The notes beneath the pieces are model-generated. The model was not told where the DNA came from. It was given only the letters and a program-made list of their open reading frames with translations, and searched no databases. 64,000 nucleotides of DNA from the NCBI RefSeq assembly GCF_037042905.1, contig NC_087250.1:22694001-22758000 (forward strand), in the 5' to 3' direction. Source of the stretch: Lytechinus pictus. Lineage: Eukaryota. Positions 13,801-28,800 of the stretch are shown here, in pieces; within the stretch, counting starts at the first letter, position 1, and each line of letters begins with the position of its first letter. The translations under genes and the position numbers were made by a program.

Positions 13801-16800
13801 TTTAAGGAGTGTTTTAAAGATCAATTATCACTGAATATATGAATTTTCAAACAATTATTGAAACATATTGACCAATGTTATCCATATGAATCTGCAATTT
13901 CTACTTCTGAGTACCGACAGAATATGAATTTGTTTTCATTTGTAGTACACTGACCCTTATGAGAAAAAAAATTGCAGCAAAAAAAAAGTATAGAATTTGC
14001 CAATTTGTGGAATAAGAGCTAATAAAAAAAGGCTTTGATTAATTCCTAATTCTGAATAAATTTATAATTGAGGGATAAAGATGAATTCATGACACACCTC
14101 TACTCTGAGATTTCTTTGTAATTATTATTATTTCTAAGATTTAAATCATTGTTGTAGTGGTGTGTGGAAATGGGGACGGTAAAAACAACTATTCAAATAT
14201 TGAGAAAATGTGAAATATGTTTTACTAGCAGGATATTTTTAATTGTTTTCAAAGTTGTTATTCGTTCGTTGTATGCCCTTTCTGGTTTGTTTTATTTGCA
14301 TGTATTACTGGACACAGAAATAATGGCTTATGGGGAATTTAGACCACGGACAGCTCGTGTCGAAGCTGAGGGTAGGTCCATGAATGATTATAATCAGCTA
14401 TCATTTTCCTTTCCCAAATGAGAAAGCAAGCACGACTAGGTTTAATTTGTATTTTATTACTTAGGAAAAAACAACATGTCTTATCAGGAAATTCAAATAA
14501 ATTTTTAATACATGGCCCATTTCAGAAAGATTTGCAATTATGGTTACTTTCATATTATGGTAACTACCATGGAAATCTTGATTGTGATTGGATAATGAGC
14601 CCAGTTACCATGGTAGTCAAAATTACCATAATGGTAACTTGTTAAGTAGTTGGTAACCATCACGGATATACAGGCCATTGCATGAATTTATATACATGTA
14701 TAACTTTTAAAAATAAATTTTGCATATTGTGTTAAACCTCAATAAATCCCTTCAAAGAAAACACCATTTGACATTAAAAAAAAGTTATTGACAAAGTGTG
14801 TTCAATCTTGCAATGTCTCTTGAAATAAATAATAATAGTGCCCGTTGGAATAGATTATTTCTAGATAGATGGCATTATATGATTACCTAGTATTATTTTT
14901 GCCAGTATTGTCATCATTATTAGTATTATTTATAAGTAGTAGTATTGTAAGTAATTGTTATATTTCACTATGAATTAAAGGAATGTCTTTCAAATAATAA
15001 GGACACCTTAATTGATTTTATTGGCAACAGAAATAGCAGCATATGGAGAATACCGCCAACAAGCACCTAAACAAACTGAGGGTATGTCCACATTAATTCA
15101 TCTAAAATGCATTAGTCTTGTGAACTTACAAAAGTATATTGTCATCAGCTATTTATTCTTTTGGTAAATTTAAATTTTTATTTCTTAGATATCTGGCAGC
15201 CTCATTCACTAATTTTGAAATCTTTCATTAAAAAGGGCCTTTGGAACATGTATCTTCGTTCAAAATTTAGTGAATGGATAACAAAGCTACAGGCAACAGA
15301 TAATATCCCAAAATTTTTAGCAGACAATGCTTTAGAAGTTCTTTGATATTAAAACAAAAACGAAGAAACAAAAAGTGTGTTATGCACCCCATGAAAATAC
15401 GTTTTTATGTTCAATTTCGTAATTTATCTAGTTGAATACATATTTAGTTCATGCCCTTTATATCATAGTTGTTAACAGGGCATATACATGAACATTCATA
15501 TATTTAAATAGATAATTGGAGGCGTGCACCTATAGTGGATACATCAAAACTTATAATAGGCTTCAAATAAAGTTTACTTAATAACTTTGCCTTAAATGAA
15601 ATCCTCTGTCTTCTCTGCATTTCAAAGTCATATTTGAAAAAGATTTGAGTTCAACAACAAATTTGCATGCATTATATAAAAAACATTCATCATGAACATA
15701 AAGAGATTATTATAAGAGTTTTTACTGCTTTATCGTCATATTACTTTGGAAACACAAATACATAATAAGGTATCACTTTTTCATAAGAAAATATTTTGTC
15801 TACTGATCATCTAATCTTATAATTCATAACGTATGAACGGTTACACAAATCAAGAGTATTTCAAATATAATTCTTATTGCAGAAAATCCTGTGTATGGAG
15901 TTGTTGATAGGTCTGCTAAAAAAGCTGCAGCCAAACCTGCTCAATCTGATGGTATGTGTGTCTATGTCCATGGGGTTTTTCCACAGTTTAATAAGACTAT
16001 TGAAATTGATCTTAACTAAATTTAATGAGCAATAGAAAATCAATAAAATGAGATATATTGACTAGCAATAGGATACCCCTTGCCCCCCCCCCCCCCAGGA
16101 ACAGAGAAAAAAAGTCTCACATTTATATAAGAAAAACAGATTGAAGTAGTATTGTCTCCCAATTAAAAATGAATGATGAAAAATACCAAGTTAATCATTC
16201 TCAATAGATATATGTAAAATGAGTATACTTTTATTTAGCAGGAAAAAAATATTGCCCCTGATTTACAATGTAGAACTTACAGGTTGACACATTATGGATC
16301 ATATACATTCAATTGCGCTTAAAAAAACAAAAAGGAATACAAAGTAAATCATTCTCAAATAGATATATATATAAAATGAATTTATTTTTATTTACCAGGA
16401 AAAAAAAAAAATATTGCCCCTGATGTAGAACTTACAGGTTGACACATTATGGATCATATACATTGAATTGCGCTTAGATATATTAATTTTGTTCTACAGA
16501 AATTCCTGAATATGGAGTGATCGATAGATCTAGGAAAAAACCTGCTGCTGAACCAGCTCCTTCTGATGGTAATGTGTGTTTCATTGTCTCGGGGGAGGTT
16601 TCACAAAGCCAAATATTGACCAGAATTGAACTCAACTATACAGGGCCTGATAAGGCTGGTTAAAATGAAGATATGATTCAGTGTATATAGTGAGGCAACA
16701 CACCATTTGTTCCTGTGACAAGTGCTCCGGGCTTAATTTTGTCTAAGATGTAGGGTTAGGGTTGCAATCGGGTTTTATATTAGGTTTAGGGTAGGGTTTA

Positions 16801-19800
16801 GTGTTAAATCCAGGGTTGAAGTTGGGTCTTTCGATTAGTGTGTGGAATTTAGAGTGGAGCAAATGTCATGGAACCATTAGTGATTCTCTGTTCTGTTTCT
16901 TTCTTCCTATTTTTCCCCATGTCACATGGGCGCCTTGAGCATTGACCTGATCGGGCCTTCTCATCCCAAGAGCTGTTTTGCCTGAAATCATTTAAGTTTG
17001 GCCACATATGTTTTGCCTCTTATATGACTCTGAGCTAGATCATTCTTATATCACCACAGAGTGGACATGATGAAACCTTATGAATATTCTGTTGACGGAC
17101 GGTGAATGCTGAATATCTTTGTACAAAAATTGTGTACAATCCATATGAATACAGGATAGGACTTGTTTTCAAGTGCAATCCTTTGCTAGATTATTGTAGA
17201 CATAAGAATCTGGGCCCCTTTGCATAAAAAGTTTCCATTATGGTAACTTTGCCATCCAATGGTAACTACCATGGTAACAATGATCAACAGCCAATCAGAA
17301 TCAAGGATTCCATGCAAGTTACCATTGTATGGCATAGTTACCATAATGGTAATTTTTTAGCAACAGGGCTCAGAATTGATTGAATAGATAGAGAATGATC
17401 AAATTGGTAGAACAGCTGAGAACATAACCCCTATACGTGTACATGCGCACAATGGGTTAAATGCAATTATGTAAACCTTATGTAATGGCATGTGTGTTTG
17501 ACGATGTTTTAATTCAATTCAATGATGAGATGAGTCGGGTGACTTCTTGTGTATGCAAACAAATTGCAGAGTTTTCTTGTGTAGGGTCTCTGCTTACGCA
17601 GTGGCTATTGACTTTGGATTATTATGATGCAAACGCTCATTTATTGTTCAATGGTATGCAATATAATAAGGATGATTACATATGTTCATTACATCATATG
17701 AAGATGATAACTTATCCTATGCATAGGAAGGGGGTACTGCCTTACTCCAAGTTTGGATGCTAGTTGGGATGCTAATTGCTGCTAATTGCTTTCAGGGATT
17801 AAAATTCATTCATAAGAAATTAGAAGAAAATTCCTTGTATGTTGTATTCTTATACAATGTTGGAAACCTATGTATGTAATGGGTCTTAATTGCATGCATA
17901 GGAAATAAGGGGAAAAACCTCATGCATTTATGTATATACATTGTTGAATACATATGCGAGCAATGGGTTAACATTTAACAATGGCTTATTTACAGACCAA
18001 CCGCTATATGGAGTAGTGGATAGAGGAACTAAAAAGCCGTCAGTTCCAGCACCAGTTGAAGAGGGTAGGTCTCTTCGAATTATTGGAATAATAAAACACC
18101 ACATCTATCATAGCAAACATTTTGGCACTCGGTAGTTAATGTAGTTTGCCTCAGTAGATGGCAGATGTATTCTTTGCAGCATTTGAAAGGGTAGATTGTA
18201 TATACCACTCAAGAAATCTAGCTTTAGGATGATGCATAGCAGTGCATGCCACCACATAAGTGTTGTTTGTATAAGAACTTGTGTGGAATATTAGCTCCTA
18301 TACATAATGTGCATTGTATTGAACAAGACATCTATGTAAGCATGTTTAGGGGTGTGAGAGTTTAGATTTTTATCTGATTTCAGATTTTTTTTTCCAGCTT
18401 AATTTCAGCTTATTTTTGGCCTTCCTCTGTACAAAAAGTATGGGAGCTCTTTCTATTTCAGACTTTTTCAACACTATTCAGCTTTTTTCAGATCTTTTTA
18501 TTTGTGACCACTCACACCCCTGCATGTAAGGCATGGTTTACTCTTTCTCATGCCTACATGTATATGTGGATGCTGATGTTTCATTTTCATCATTTGAGTG
18601 AATTTTTAAAGTGACACTAAAAAAAATACTTGAATTGAGTAAAAATTAAGACTGACTTATCTACTCTGAATGTTCATTTGAAATATTTTTTGTGTGGGTG
18701 TCTGTGTGTGTGTTAGCCCTTATTAATTAGTATTTGTGTTCAATGTTGCATATCTTTCCTTTCTCTTCATTTATTCTGATATCTATGAACAATTTATTGT
18801 AAATAATTTGATTAATAACACTTACATGTATATCTTACCAATTTTGAATATGTTTACCTATTACTACACAGTGTTGCAGAATTTCATCTCATAAGTAGAG
18901 TGAGACAATGTGATTGCAGATCTAAATAGAAAGATACTAACTTAATTTTCCGGTTCTATATAATAAACCAGTAAGGAACCCTTTTATTACAAATGTGAAC
19001 TAACTCTTCAATTTCCTTTTCAGGATTGTATGGAGTTGTGAATAAACCAGCTAAGAGCCCTAAGCCGAAGGTTTTGCCGAAACCTGATGGTGCGTTCGTA
19101 TTCACTATATTCTTCTCCTTTCCATCTTTGTAGCTAGAGGGCGACATACAGTTAACTGATCTATTCATTCTTCTTGTATTACTTAAGTGGAAACCAAGTA
19201 TCATTACAAGTCATTTTGGACGATATTTGTGCCAACAATAATATATCTGATGATCATGTATAGTCTGAAAAGAATCAGGCAAATCACTTTTTTATACAAT
19301 GGAAACTGAATGTTTTGTTGAACGATTGTGTGACTCTACTGTTCATACGATGAGTAATTATGTAATCTAGTCAGCATTCCAAATGTCAAATAATTGCCTT
19401 ACTCGAAACATTACAGAGCTGGTGGGTGTTTCGTAAAGCTGTTCATAAAGTTACGAACGAGTTTACGCATGACTGGAACATGTTCTTAGGTCATAACTCA
19501 ATTACATAGGGATATCACATAGCGCAAGAAAGGATCACCAGTCGTGCGTAAAGTCATTTGTATCTTACGAACAGCTTCATGAAACACCCACCAGAATATG
19601 AAAACCATGACTTATTTACATCGTCTCCGTTCAATCTTGCTTTAGTCGAACAGATGTCTGTAGTCCCAAGGTATTGGATGTACGCAGGGTAACCATTCAG
19701 GGTTCCCAGCCCATCAGGGAAATCAGGAAAAAATACCTCAAATGAGGGAAAAATCAGGGAATTTTGATCAGCCCAAAAGTCGAAAGCACGGTAGTCAGTC

Positions 19801-22800
19801 AGACTCTGTTATGTTCTGTTGCTTATCAAAACAACATCCATTGATTGACTGGTTATGGTGGTACTAATTAGTTTCACATTGTTTTATACTGAAAATACAT
19901 GTAATTCACTGTGACAATTTAGAACAAATGCGAAACTGGGAATGGTTTTACTATTTATCAGGGAAAAATCAGGGAATTTTGTTTTCTTGAAAAGCTTTAT
20001 TTGTGTATGGAAATGAATGGAAGGCCAAGTGTTAGTTAACATTTTGTTCAAGATGTTTTCATATGTGTTTATGTGTGTGTATGCTTGCCAAATAATACTC
20101 ACTTCTTTTAACCCATATATAAGTGTTAATTATTGAAACGTAAATTGTAACCTCATTTTCCCCATGTGTACAACAGCGGTATATGGCGTCGTCAACAAGC
20201 CGAAAAAATCTCCAAAACCTTCACTGTCAACGACTGGATCTGAACTTGAGGGTTTGTCAAATATTTGTTACTTCGACTCTATCATACAACCCACAATGCA
20301 TTGCAAGGCAAACCATATATTCATGCTGTCAGTCGTATTGTGATCATGTGTCGAAATGACAGGCAGACTCATTTTTTGTACACAAATATTCCAATATTTA
20401 AGAATGGAAGAACATCTGGGCCCCCCCCCCCCCCCGTTTTACATTGTACAAAGAGTTACGATTGATCCAATCAATCGTAACTCTGGAAATCCATCAGTGT
20501 CATAATTTTTTCTACAGGAAATTTGCAAAATGTCCTTTGTAAACAAAGGAGATCACACCAAATTGTCAAGAAATCAATGAATTTATGGATATACACTCAT
20601 ATCCAGAATTAAAAAAAAATAAAAAAATTTATAAGTTGACTTTTCTGGCTTTCCACAGTTACGATTAATTGGATCAATCGCAACTCTTTGTAAGACGGGG
20701 CCTGTACTCCAACGATGTTGCAGGGCAAAGCCTGTTCATCGATCAAAATAGAGATGTTTATTGCTGCTCTCCTTTAGTCAAAATGACACAGATGCGCTAC
20801 TTACATGTATTGGCAGTTGTTCACTGTGGTACATGTATTTTACAATGGATCGGTTGTTTTATTCTGACAGTGCATGCATTATCTTTGAAGATGAGGCAAA
20901 ATTAATCCCCCCCATTAGACATTACCACACACACTGAGAAAAGTTGTGCATGATGGACCATATTCGCTGTTCTGTGCCCATTTTGTTTCCTGATATCCGT
21001 TGAGAAATCTAAAGGGACAAATTTTACCGTTTTCTAACAGCTCAAAAGGGCTAAAAAGGAGAGAAAATAGCTGGTTGCTCTCTGTGATAATTTCTATTGA
21101 AACCTAAAAATCATATTCTATTGGAAAGAAGAAAGGAGAAAAATGCAATTTCTTTTACCACATGCTATCTTGCAATGCATTGCTATGTAATTAAATATCA
21201 CCTTTATCTCATTTCTCATTGGTTTTTTTTCCATTCTATCTTTACACGTGTGTATTCTTCACCTTCCTTTGTTATTTGGCATTGGACTGTTACAAGTTTG
21301 ATCATCACACATCGTCATATTTTTCATAAATAAATTTCAAATGCAATTCTGTCAAATTAAATTTAAAAGATTTCTTTCTATCAAGCAACCTTTTTATTAT
21401 AAGGGATGTTGCAAGAAAATATTTACAAAGAACTGCATATTTCTATTGGCGATTTTGTGATTTTTATTAGCTGTAGCAAATCAGTTCACATTCATAGAAG
21501 CAGGTTCGCATTTCATAAAACTTGGTTTACAAAAAATCTGATAACAGAAAAGATGATAAGAAATTTGCAACTACAGCTTGAAGCTACTAAAATGATTAAT
21601 TTTGATTGGTTGATTATAAACTTTAATAGAAATATTACATTTATTATGATGCCTAGTTTTCATGAGACTGGACCGACATCATTAATTAATTGCAAAACAT
21701 ATGATTGATTTTAAGCCTCAATTTGCAGTTGATTGTAAAGTTCTTGCAACGCTCCTTTAGAGATATATTTCCCATTGCATTTAATTGAATCATATGTATC
21801 ACATGCATGGAAAATGAGACCAGGGGGGTGTTTCACAAAGATTTAAGTCTGACTTAAATTGCAGTTAAATGTGATGCGTATCTCAAATGCAACAGCCAAT
21901 CTAATTGATCAATACGCAGTAGTGCGTGTCCTCTTGGCATGATCTGGGGGGTGTTTCACAAAGATTTAAGTATGACTTACTGTAGAGTCGCACTTAAATA
22001 CCGAGCTGCGTACGGTATGAAAGGCTTGACTGCATTGGTCAGATCGTGTCGTGAGGACGCGCATTATTGCGTATCTATCAATAAGATCGCGCGTTGCATA
22101 TTTAAGTGCGACTTAAGTCACGCTTAAGTCTTTGTGAAACACTCCCCTGACCAATCAAGGTCGTCATGCTTTTTATACCATATGCAACTAATCATTTAAC
22201 TGCGAATCTAAGGGGGTGTTGCAAGAAAATATTTGCAATCAATCGCAAATATTCTGTTACAATTTTACAGTTGATTGATCACTTTTAACTTAAGCAAATT
22301 GGATTACACTCCTTGTTTCATGGAGCAGATTAGCAATCAATCGCAAATTTGCAATTTATTGCCGGCATATGCTTGATTTTGGGAACTAAAATAGACTTGC
22401 AATTAATCGCAAGTTTCTTGCAACGCCCCATAAGTCATACTTTAATCTTTTTGAAACATCCCCCCAGGAATGTCATGAGCTCCTTTTTCATTCCCAATGC
22501 TTTTGCTTTGACATATGCTATTAAGTGTGAATGTGAAGCTTACATGAAGCGTGTGTGGAGTGTGAAGAAACGTACATTGTTAAACATGTGAACGTAGCTC
22601 TGGCTTTTGCTTCTACACAGGTATTACAGGTACGGCAGGAATGTGGAAGAAAGCAGACAAGAACCTAGGGAACGATGGTGTGTTCACATTTACTTTTGTT
22701 GCTTCTGCTCTTTTTGCTATTCTCTCTGCACATCTCTTCAAAATTGAATAATGATAAATCAAATATTAGATACAGCACTGAAAAGGTTTATCAAGGGCCT

Positions 22801-25800
22801 GCTTCATAAAACTTGTAACTAATTGGCAATAACACAACAGTTTAAAGCTGCTGACATCCCTCGATTTGATTGGTGGAGAGAAAACTTGTCATAGAAATTG
22901 TTCATTTATTAAAAACAAGTCTTTATGAAACTGGGACCTGATAGCTGTTTTGACATGAGAGAGGGTTCTGTTTTCATAATCATGATATTTTACCTTTTCA
23001 ACATACGTTCTCATTCTTACACGTTGCACTAACAGGGTTCCCAGCCCATCAGGGTAAACTATTTTACTTTTTTCAAGTCAGGGAAAAATCAGGGAATTAG
23101 ATAGGAAATACCTCTAATCAGGGAAAATGCCTCAAATGAGGGAAAAATCAGGGAATTTTGATTGGCCCAAAAGTCGAAAGTACGGTAGTCAGTCATACTC
23201 TGTTATATTTTGTTGCATATCGAAACAACATCAATTGAATGACTGGTTATGGTGGTAATCATTAGTTTTACATTATTGTTTTTATACTGAAAATCCATGT
23301 AATTCACTGCAACAACTTAGAAAACTTGTGAAACTGGGAATGGGTTTAAATAATTATTAGGGAATTTTTAATCTTCATCAGGGAATTTTGTTTTCTTGAA
23401 AAGCTGGGAACCCTGACTAAGATCAAATTGCTACACCTTGTGTAATTGATCTTTGGCTAATCTTTCTTTTCTTCACTTTCAAAGTAGAATAGCTTTATTA
23501 TTTCTCAAGATTTTTGCTTTTGGTTGGTGAGGTTTTTGAAATAATTTTCCACATGTTTGTCGTGCACTTAATCATTCTTCATTTGCAGTCATGGGAGTAT
23601 GCATCATTTGAATAAAGAGTTTTTGAAAGCACATCGAAAGAACAGGAGGATTCTAGGTTCATAAACATGTGTATCTGCACAAAGCCTTTTGTACCAATCC
23701 AAAGCTCTGAAAGTTGGGACATAAGCATACATTTATGAACTGGCAAGATTTGGCTGGTGCCACCATCGCTTTTCTTTCTCTAGTGATTTCAATAGCTCTC
23801 AAATAATGATTTCTGTTCTAAAATATTTTATTTTAGAGCTCTTTTCAGAAGACATCTCCATTTGCATCTATCATTAATTTTACATTGTATTGCAGTTATT
23901 GATCTTTTATGATTAGTATTTTCATCATTCATGAAGTTTGGAAGTTGATGTTCGAGTGTGAAACGATTTATCACCAACTCTGATCGTACAACATGTCTCT
24001 TTCTCCACTTTATCATGCATTATTTTCTAAGCATTATAATTGCTATTAATCATCAATAATAAGGTTTCTTTTTTTCTTGCTGTTTCATGTTCTTCTAATT
24101 TTTTGTATCTCTAACCGTTTACAAACATCGATTCTGTTGAAAATTTATTTTGTTTCCTCTTGAAACTTGACTTGCACTTGTATTTCTATACTTTATCTTA
24201 GTTTCATCTTTAGCTTGAGTATATGAGAATGTTCAGTGGTGCCTTGGTGTGGTGGCATATCATTAACTTTTCCCTTATTTCTTATATTCTCTTGTCTTCT
24301 TCGAAAAATTGATGAGTCTGAACAAAGCTGTTTATTGAAAGCTACACAGGTTATGCATATCATTTTAAATCTACTAGTATTCTTGATCTTGGCTGCCTTC
24401 ATTAAGACAGGTGTTGTTTCATTAACTTTCTTCTTTATTTAAAAAAAGTTTCTCTCCTTTTTTTTGGTAAAATATCTTTCTGAACGAAGCTGTGTAGTCA
24501 AAACCACAAAGGCTGCGCATGTTATTTTTCAATCTATTCTTGATCTTGGCTGCCTCCATGAAGACTGGTGTTTTTCATTAACTTTTCTCTTTATTTTTGT
24601 TTCAAAATTCTCTCATTTCTTTTTCATGAAATAATATTCTAAAAGAAGCTAGATATTCAAATCTGCAGAGTTTGTGTTGCTTATTTTCCATTAATTCTTG
24701 ATCTTGGAATGACTCTTCTACAAAGAATTTGATGAATAATCATCTCATTCTATCAAATAGACTTAAAAAAAAAGAACATGCACTGTCAATTGCCTAGATC
24801 TAAAAAAAGTATAGATCTATTCATTCTCATCTTATCCCCTTTTGATATAAACAAGAAGTTGATATGTGTATATTTTCATGTCATACATGTATTTCTTTGA
24901 TACATTTCTCAATGACAGTATGATTATTCTCTACATATGATACATGTACTTGTACTTTTGTTAGTTGGGGGAAAAAACCCCAACCAATGGTTTGCTGCAT
25001 GTGCTTGTTTTGTTTATATCTTGAAAAATGAAAGGTTGGCCAGTAGAAGCAGAATTATATTATATTCTATTTAATTCAATATTACCTGTGAAATTTTTAC
25101 ATGTCTTCAAGCATTAACAAAAACACAATTGAATCATATATTTATTTTTTTATTTTGAAATGATAATATGATATTGGTATCGAGATTAGCAATAGTTATA
25201 CCTTTCAGCATTTGCATGAATCAAAGAAAGCAACAAGTTTTTTTAATGATGATATAGATATATGTAATGGAGACATGGTGTAGTGTGTCAGACTCTAGGC
25301 CCTGTTGCATAAAAGTTACTATTATGGTAACTTCGCCATCCAATGGTAGCTACCATGGTAACGATGCTGAATAATAATAATAGGCATTTATATAGCGCCA
25401 TCTATCTAGAAATATTCTATTCTGAGGCGCGTTCTTATTATTACCCCGGCTTTAGCTCGAGCTGCCTTTCAGCGCTCATGCATTCAAGGAATTAATCCTG
25501 CCGGGTACCCATTGACCTCACCTGGGTTGAGTGAAGCACAGTGTGGATAAATTTCTTGCTGAAGGGAATTACACCATGGCTGGGATTGGCTGTAGCACCA
25601 ATCAACATCAAGGATTTCAGACAAGTTACCATTGGATGGCAAAGTGACCATAATAGTAACTTATATGCAACAGGGCTTAGTAGCTTTTATGCAACGGGGT
25701 TCTGGACTCTTTAATCAGAGGGTCTTGGGTCAAATACTTCTTCAGATATCGATTTCCTTTAATGAGAAATTTATCCATATTGTACTGATCTCCTAGGTCT

Positions 25801-28800
25801 AGGGTAACTGCGCTTCATTGTTGTAGAATGCTTCACAGATTTATGAGAAAGAAAATGATGAAGACTATTGTCAAGTATAATTGAGATTAAATTACATGCA
25901 TAGGGTAATTCTGATGGAGGAAGTGAAAAGCTAGATTAAAGCAAGTATAATTTTTATTGAAAAGTAATTATGTGCCATATAATTTTCAAGTGTTTCTAAG
26001 TGGTAAGTAATTAAGGGCTTTGACTCGCATCCAATTAATTGCACGTTTAGAGAGACAGGAAAGAAAGATGAAAAACTATAAGAAAGAAACATTAAAACAA
26101 AGATCCCCTGCTGACTTTTGTCGTTTGGAAGGTCGACTTAAATTCACGCTTGACCTTTAACCTGTGACCTTTTAACCTTTGAGCTGAAGAAACTTTGAAT
26201 TTATTTCCTTGTACTAGATATTCACGCCGTTGTAGACAAACCTGGTAAGACTGGAGAAGAGCAGAAATTAACTGAAGATACGCCTGAGCCTGAGGGTGCG
26301 TTGTATATAAGGCATCATTTCAAGTTTTGCTCATACATTATATATATATACATGTATATACACACAAATTGGGAATGCATGATGCTTTAAACTTATTTGC
26401 AGGTTTATATATTGATCATAAAATTATATTCATCATGTACATGTACGTGGATATATACAAAATCAGAATGCATGATGCTTTAAAATTGCAGGTTTATATA
26501 TACATAGATCATGAAATTATATATACAGTTTACATGTCCGGAATAGGAAAGCGCAATAGATCATAAATTAATGCTTGAATTAATCATGCAATTGCCCCCC
26601 CCTCCCCCCAAAAGAGCTGTGTTTTTTTGTATTAATTCTACATTCATGTATATTGGAAAGGGAATGCATGATTTGGATAAGTCATGAAATTTTGTGGAAA
26701 ATTGAACCGCATGGTGCTTCTGGGGTTCCATAAAATTGCTCCGGCAACAATTGCTCCAATGGAAATTTTGCACGTCAAAAGCCAAACATAAACCTAACGT
26801 CCAAAACTAAATAAACCCTACTCCTCTAAATATCTTTACATTATTCTGAACAAAAAACATCTATTACAATCCTAATGCTAACCCTATGCCCTCTGAGGTT
26901 TTAAGACTGGATCAATTGTCGCAGGAGCAAATGTCGTGACACCGCTTTGGGATGGCAGGTTTATATATAGGTCATGAAATTATATAGAACAATTTTATAT
27001 AGTTATGGAAATGGGTGCTTTGGAATATCTGGTTTATTATTCATAAAAGTAATATTTTTTGTACAATGTTTATATGGGAAATAGAAATGCATGCTTTAGA
27101 AATAGCAGGTTTATGAATAAATGAAGAAATAGTATATGGGCCACTAAGGATATAAAAAATGAAAAGGAAATGTGCTTTAGAACAGCATATTTATAAATCA
27201 TAGGGTAATACAAGTATATATGGGCAATTCCATAAAACAATCAACCTTTTTGTACGTCCGACCCCATTTTTCTCAAGTTTATCTTCACTTCATAAACTGA
27301 CCAAGTCATGGTCATTTGAGAGCATTACAGACTGTTCAAAAACAAGAAATCAGAGACAGAAAATTTCATGAAGATCCCACTTACATGGGGTCGGAGGTAC
27401 ATATTTTATGGAATTGCCCAAATAGGAAATGATCTTGCATGGTTTAGAATATTAGATATATTAATATTGATAATACCTACATGTAGGACACTGACAATAT
27501 ACGAAATACGAATTCATAATGCTTTAGAATAGCAGGTCTATAAATGAAAAAATTGGTACATGTATGTAACATATACAGGTGAGTTTACCTACCCTTTTAA
27601 AGTCAAATATTCATCCAAATCAAAGCAATTTTTTTTGCACAAGATTATGTGTTTTATAACTCAAGTCAAATTTATCCTAACTTTTTGAAATTTCTGTGGG
27701 CCCAAAAAATTTTGACTTGGGCAAAGAAACCTGTATATACTACAGATTATAAAATAACAATTTTACAAAGGAAATCAGTATGCATGCTCTGAAAAATCAT
27801 AAACTAATATGGGACACAAACTTTATTTACTTTAAATTATAAAAAAATTAAGTGCATGATGCTTTAAGAATTGCAGGTTTATCAATCAACTAAGTTGAGA
27901 AAGGAATGCAAAATAGTCCATAATTGCAGGTCGATTGATATATATGGAACAAAGTGTGCTTAAAATTCATGCTATCAAAAATAACCAAAAGTTCCCGGAT
28001 GATGTTACTTGTGTGACCCTGCAAATTTCTGGAAAGTTGTTTGAGTCACACATCGCTGAATAAGAAGTAGAATTTCTAGTTCCGCGCACAAAGTAAATGG
28101 CAAATTCACAAGGAACTTCTGGTGATTGGTCATATAAGAATTGCAGGTTTTAGAACTAACCTTTACTGACTTTCAACTTGTTCTCTTGCTGTTGCCATTC
28201 TCTTCATTACCTAGACTCTTTCTGGTTTGATGAATATTGGTGCTAGTGTTTAATTACCTCTTAAACATCCTACTTCTTTAACAAGGGGGTGTTTCACAAA
28301 GATTTAAGTGTGACTTAGAGTAGTACTTAAATGCCTAGTTGTGTGCGGCATTAAAGACAACACCTCATTGGTCAGATCATGCCAAGATAACACACACTAC
28401 TGTGTATTGATCAATAAGACTGGGCGTTTCGTATCATGTACATGTCAAAATTCATGTGCAACTCTAAGTCATATTTATACTGTATATTTGTGAAACAACC
28501 CCAGGGGCCCGTTGCATAAAACTTTTGCCATAAAAAATCTCTGGCAAACAAAATTATGCCATTGAAAATTACACATTAGAAAACTCTGGCAAAAAATTTG
28601 CCAGAGTTTTCATGGCAAAAGTTTTATGCTATGGGGCCCAGGAGTGTGATTTTTCAACTTTTTAACTCTTTAACATGTCAATTTTTTTTCTTGCCTTGAA
28701 AAGAGACTCTTCTGTATGAAATGTCTCATCCTTACCAGTATATTATTTTCCTCATCACATATTTCAAATTCTTTCCATATTTTACTAATGCATGAATTTA

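Noticed and set aside
24220..24246. Possible 27-nt cassette VYENVQWCL
   Set aside because: Needs a GAG acceptor lying just after two better AGs that give stops, and the donor is weak; insufficient support.
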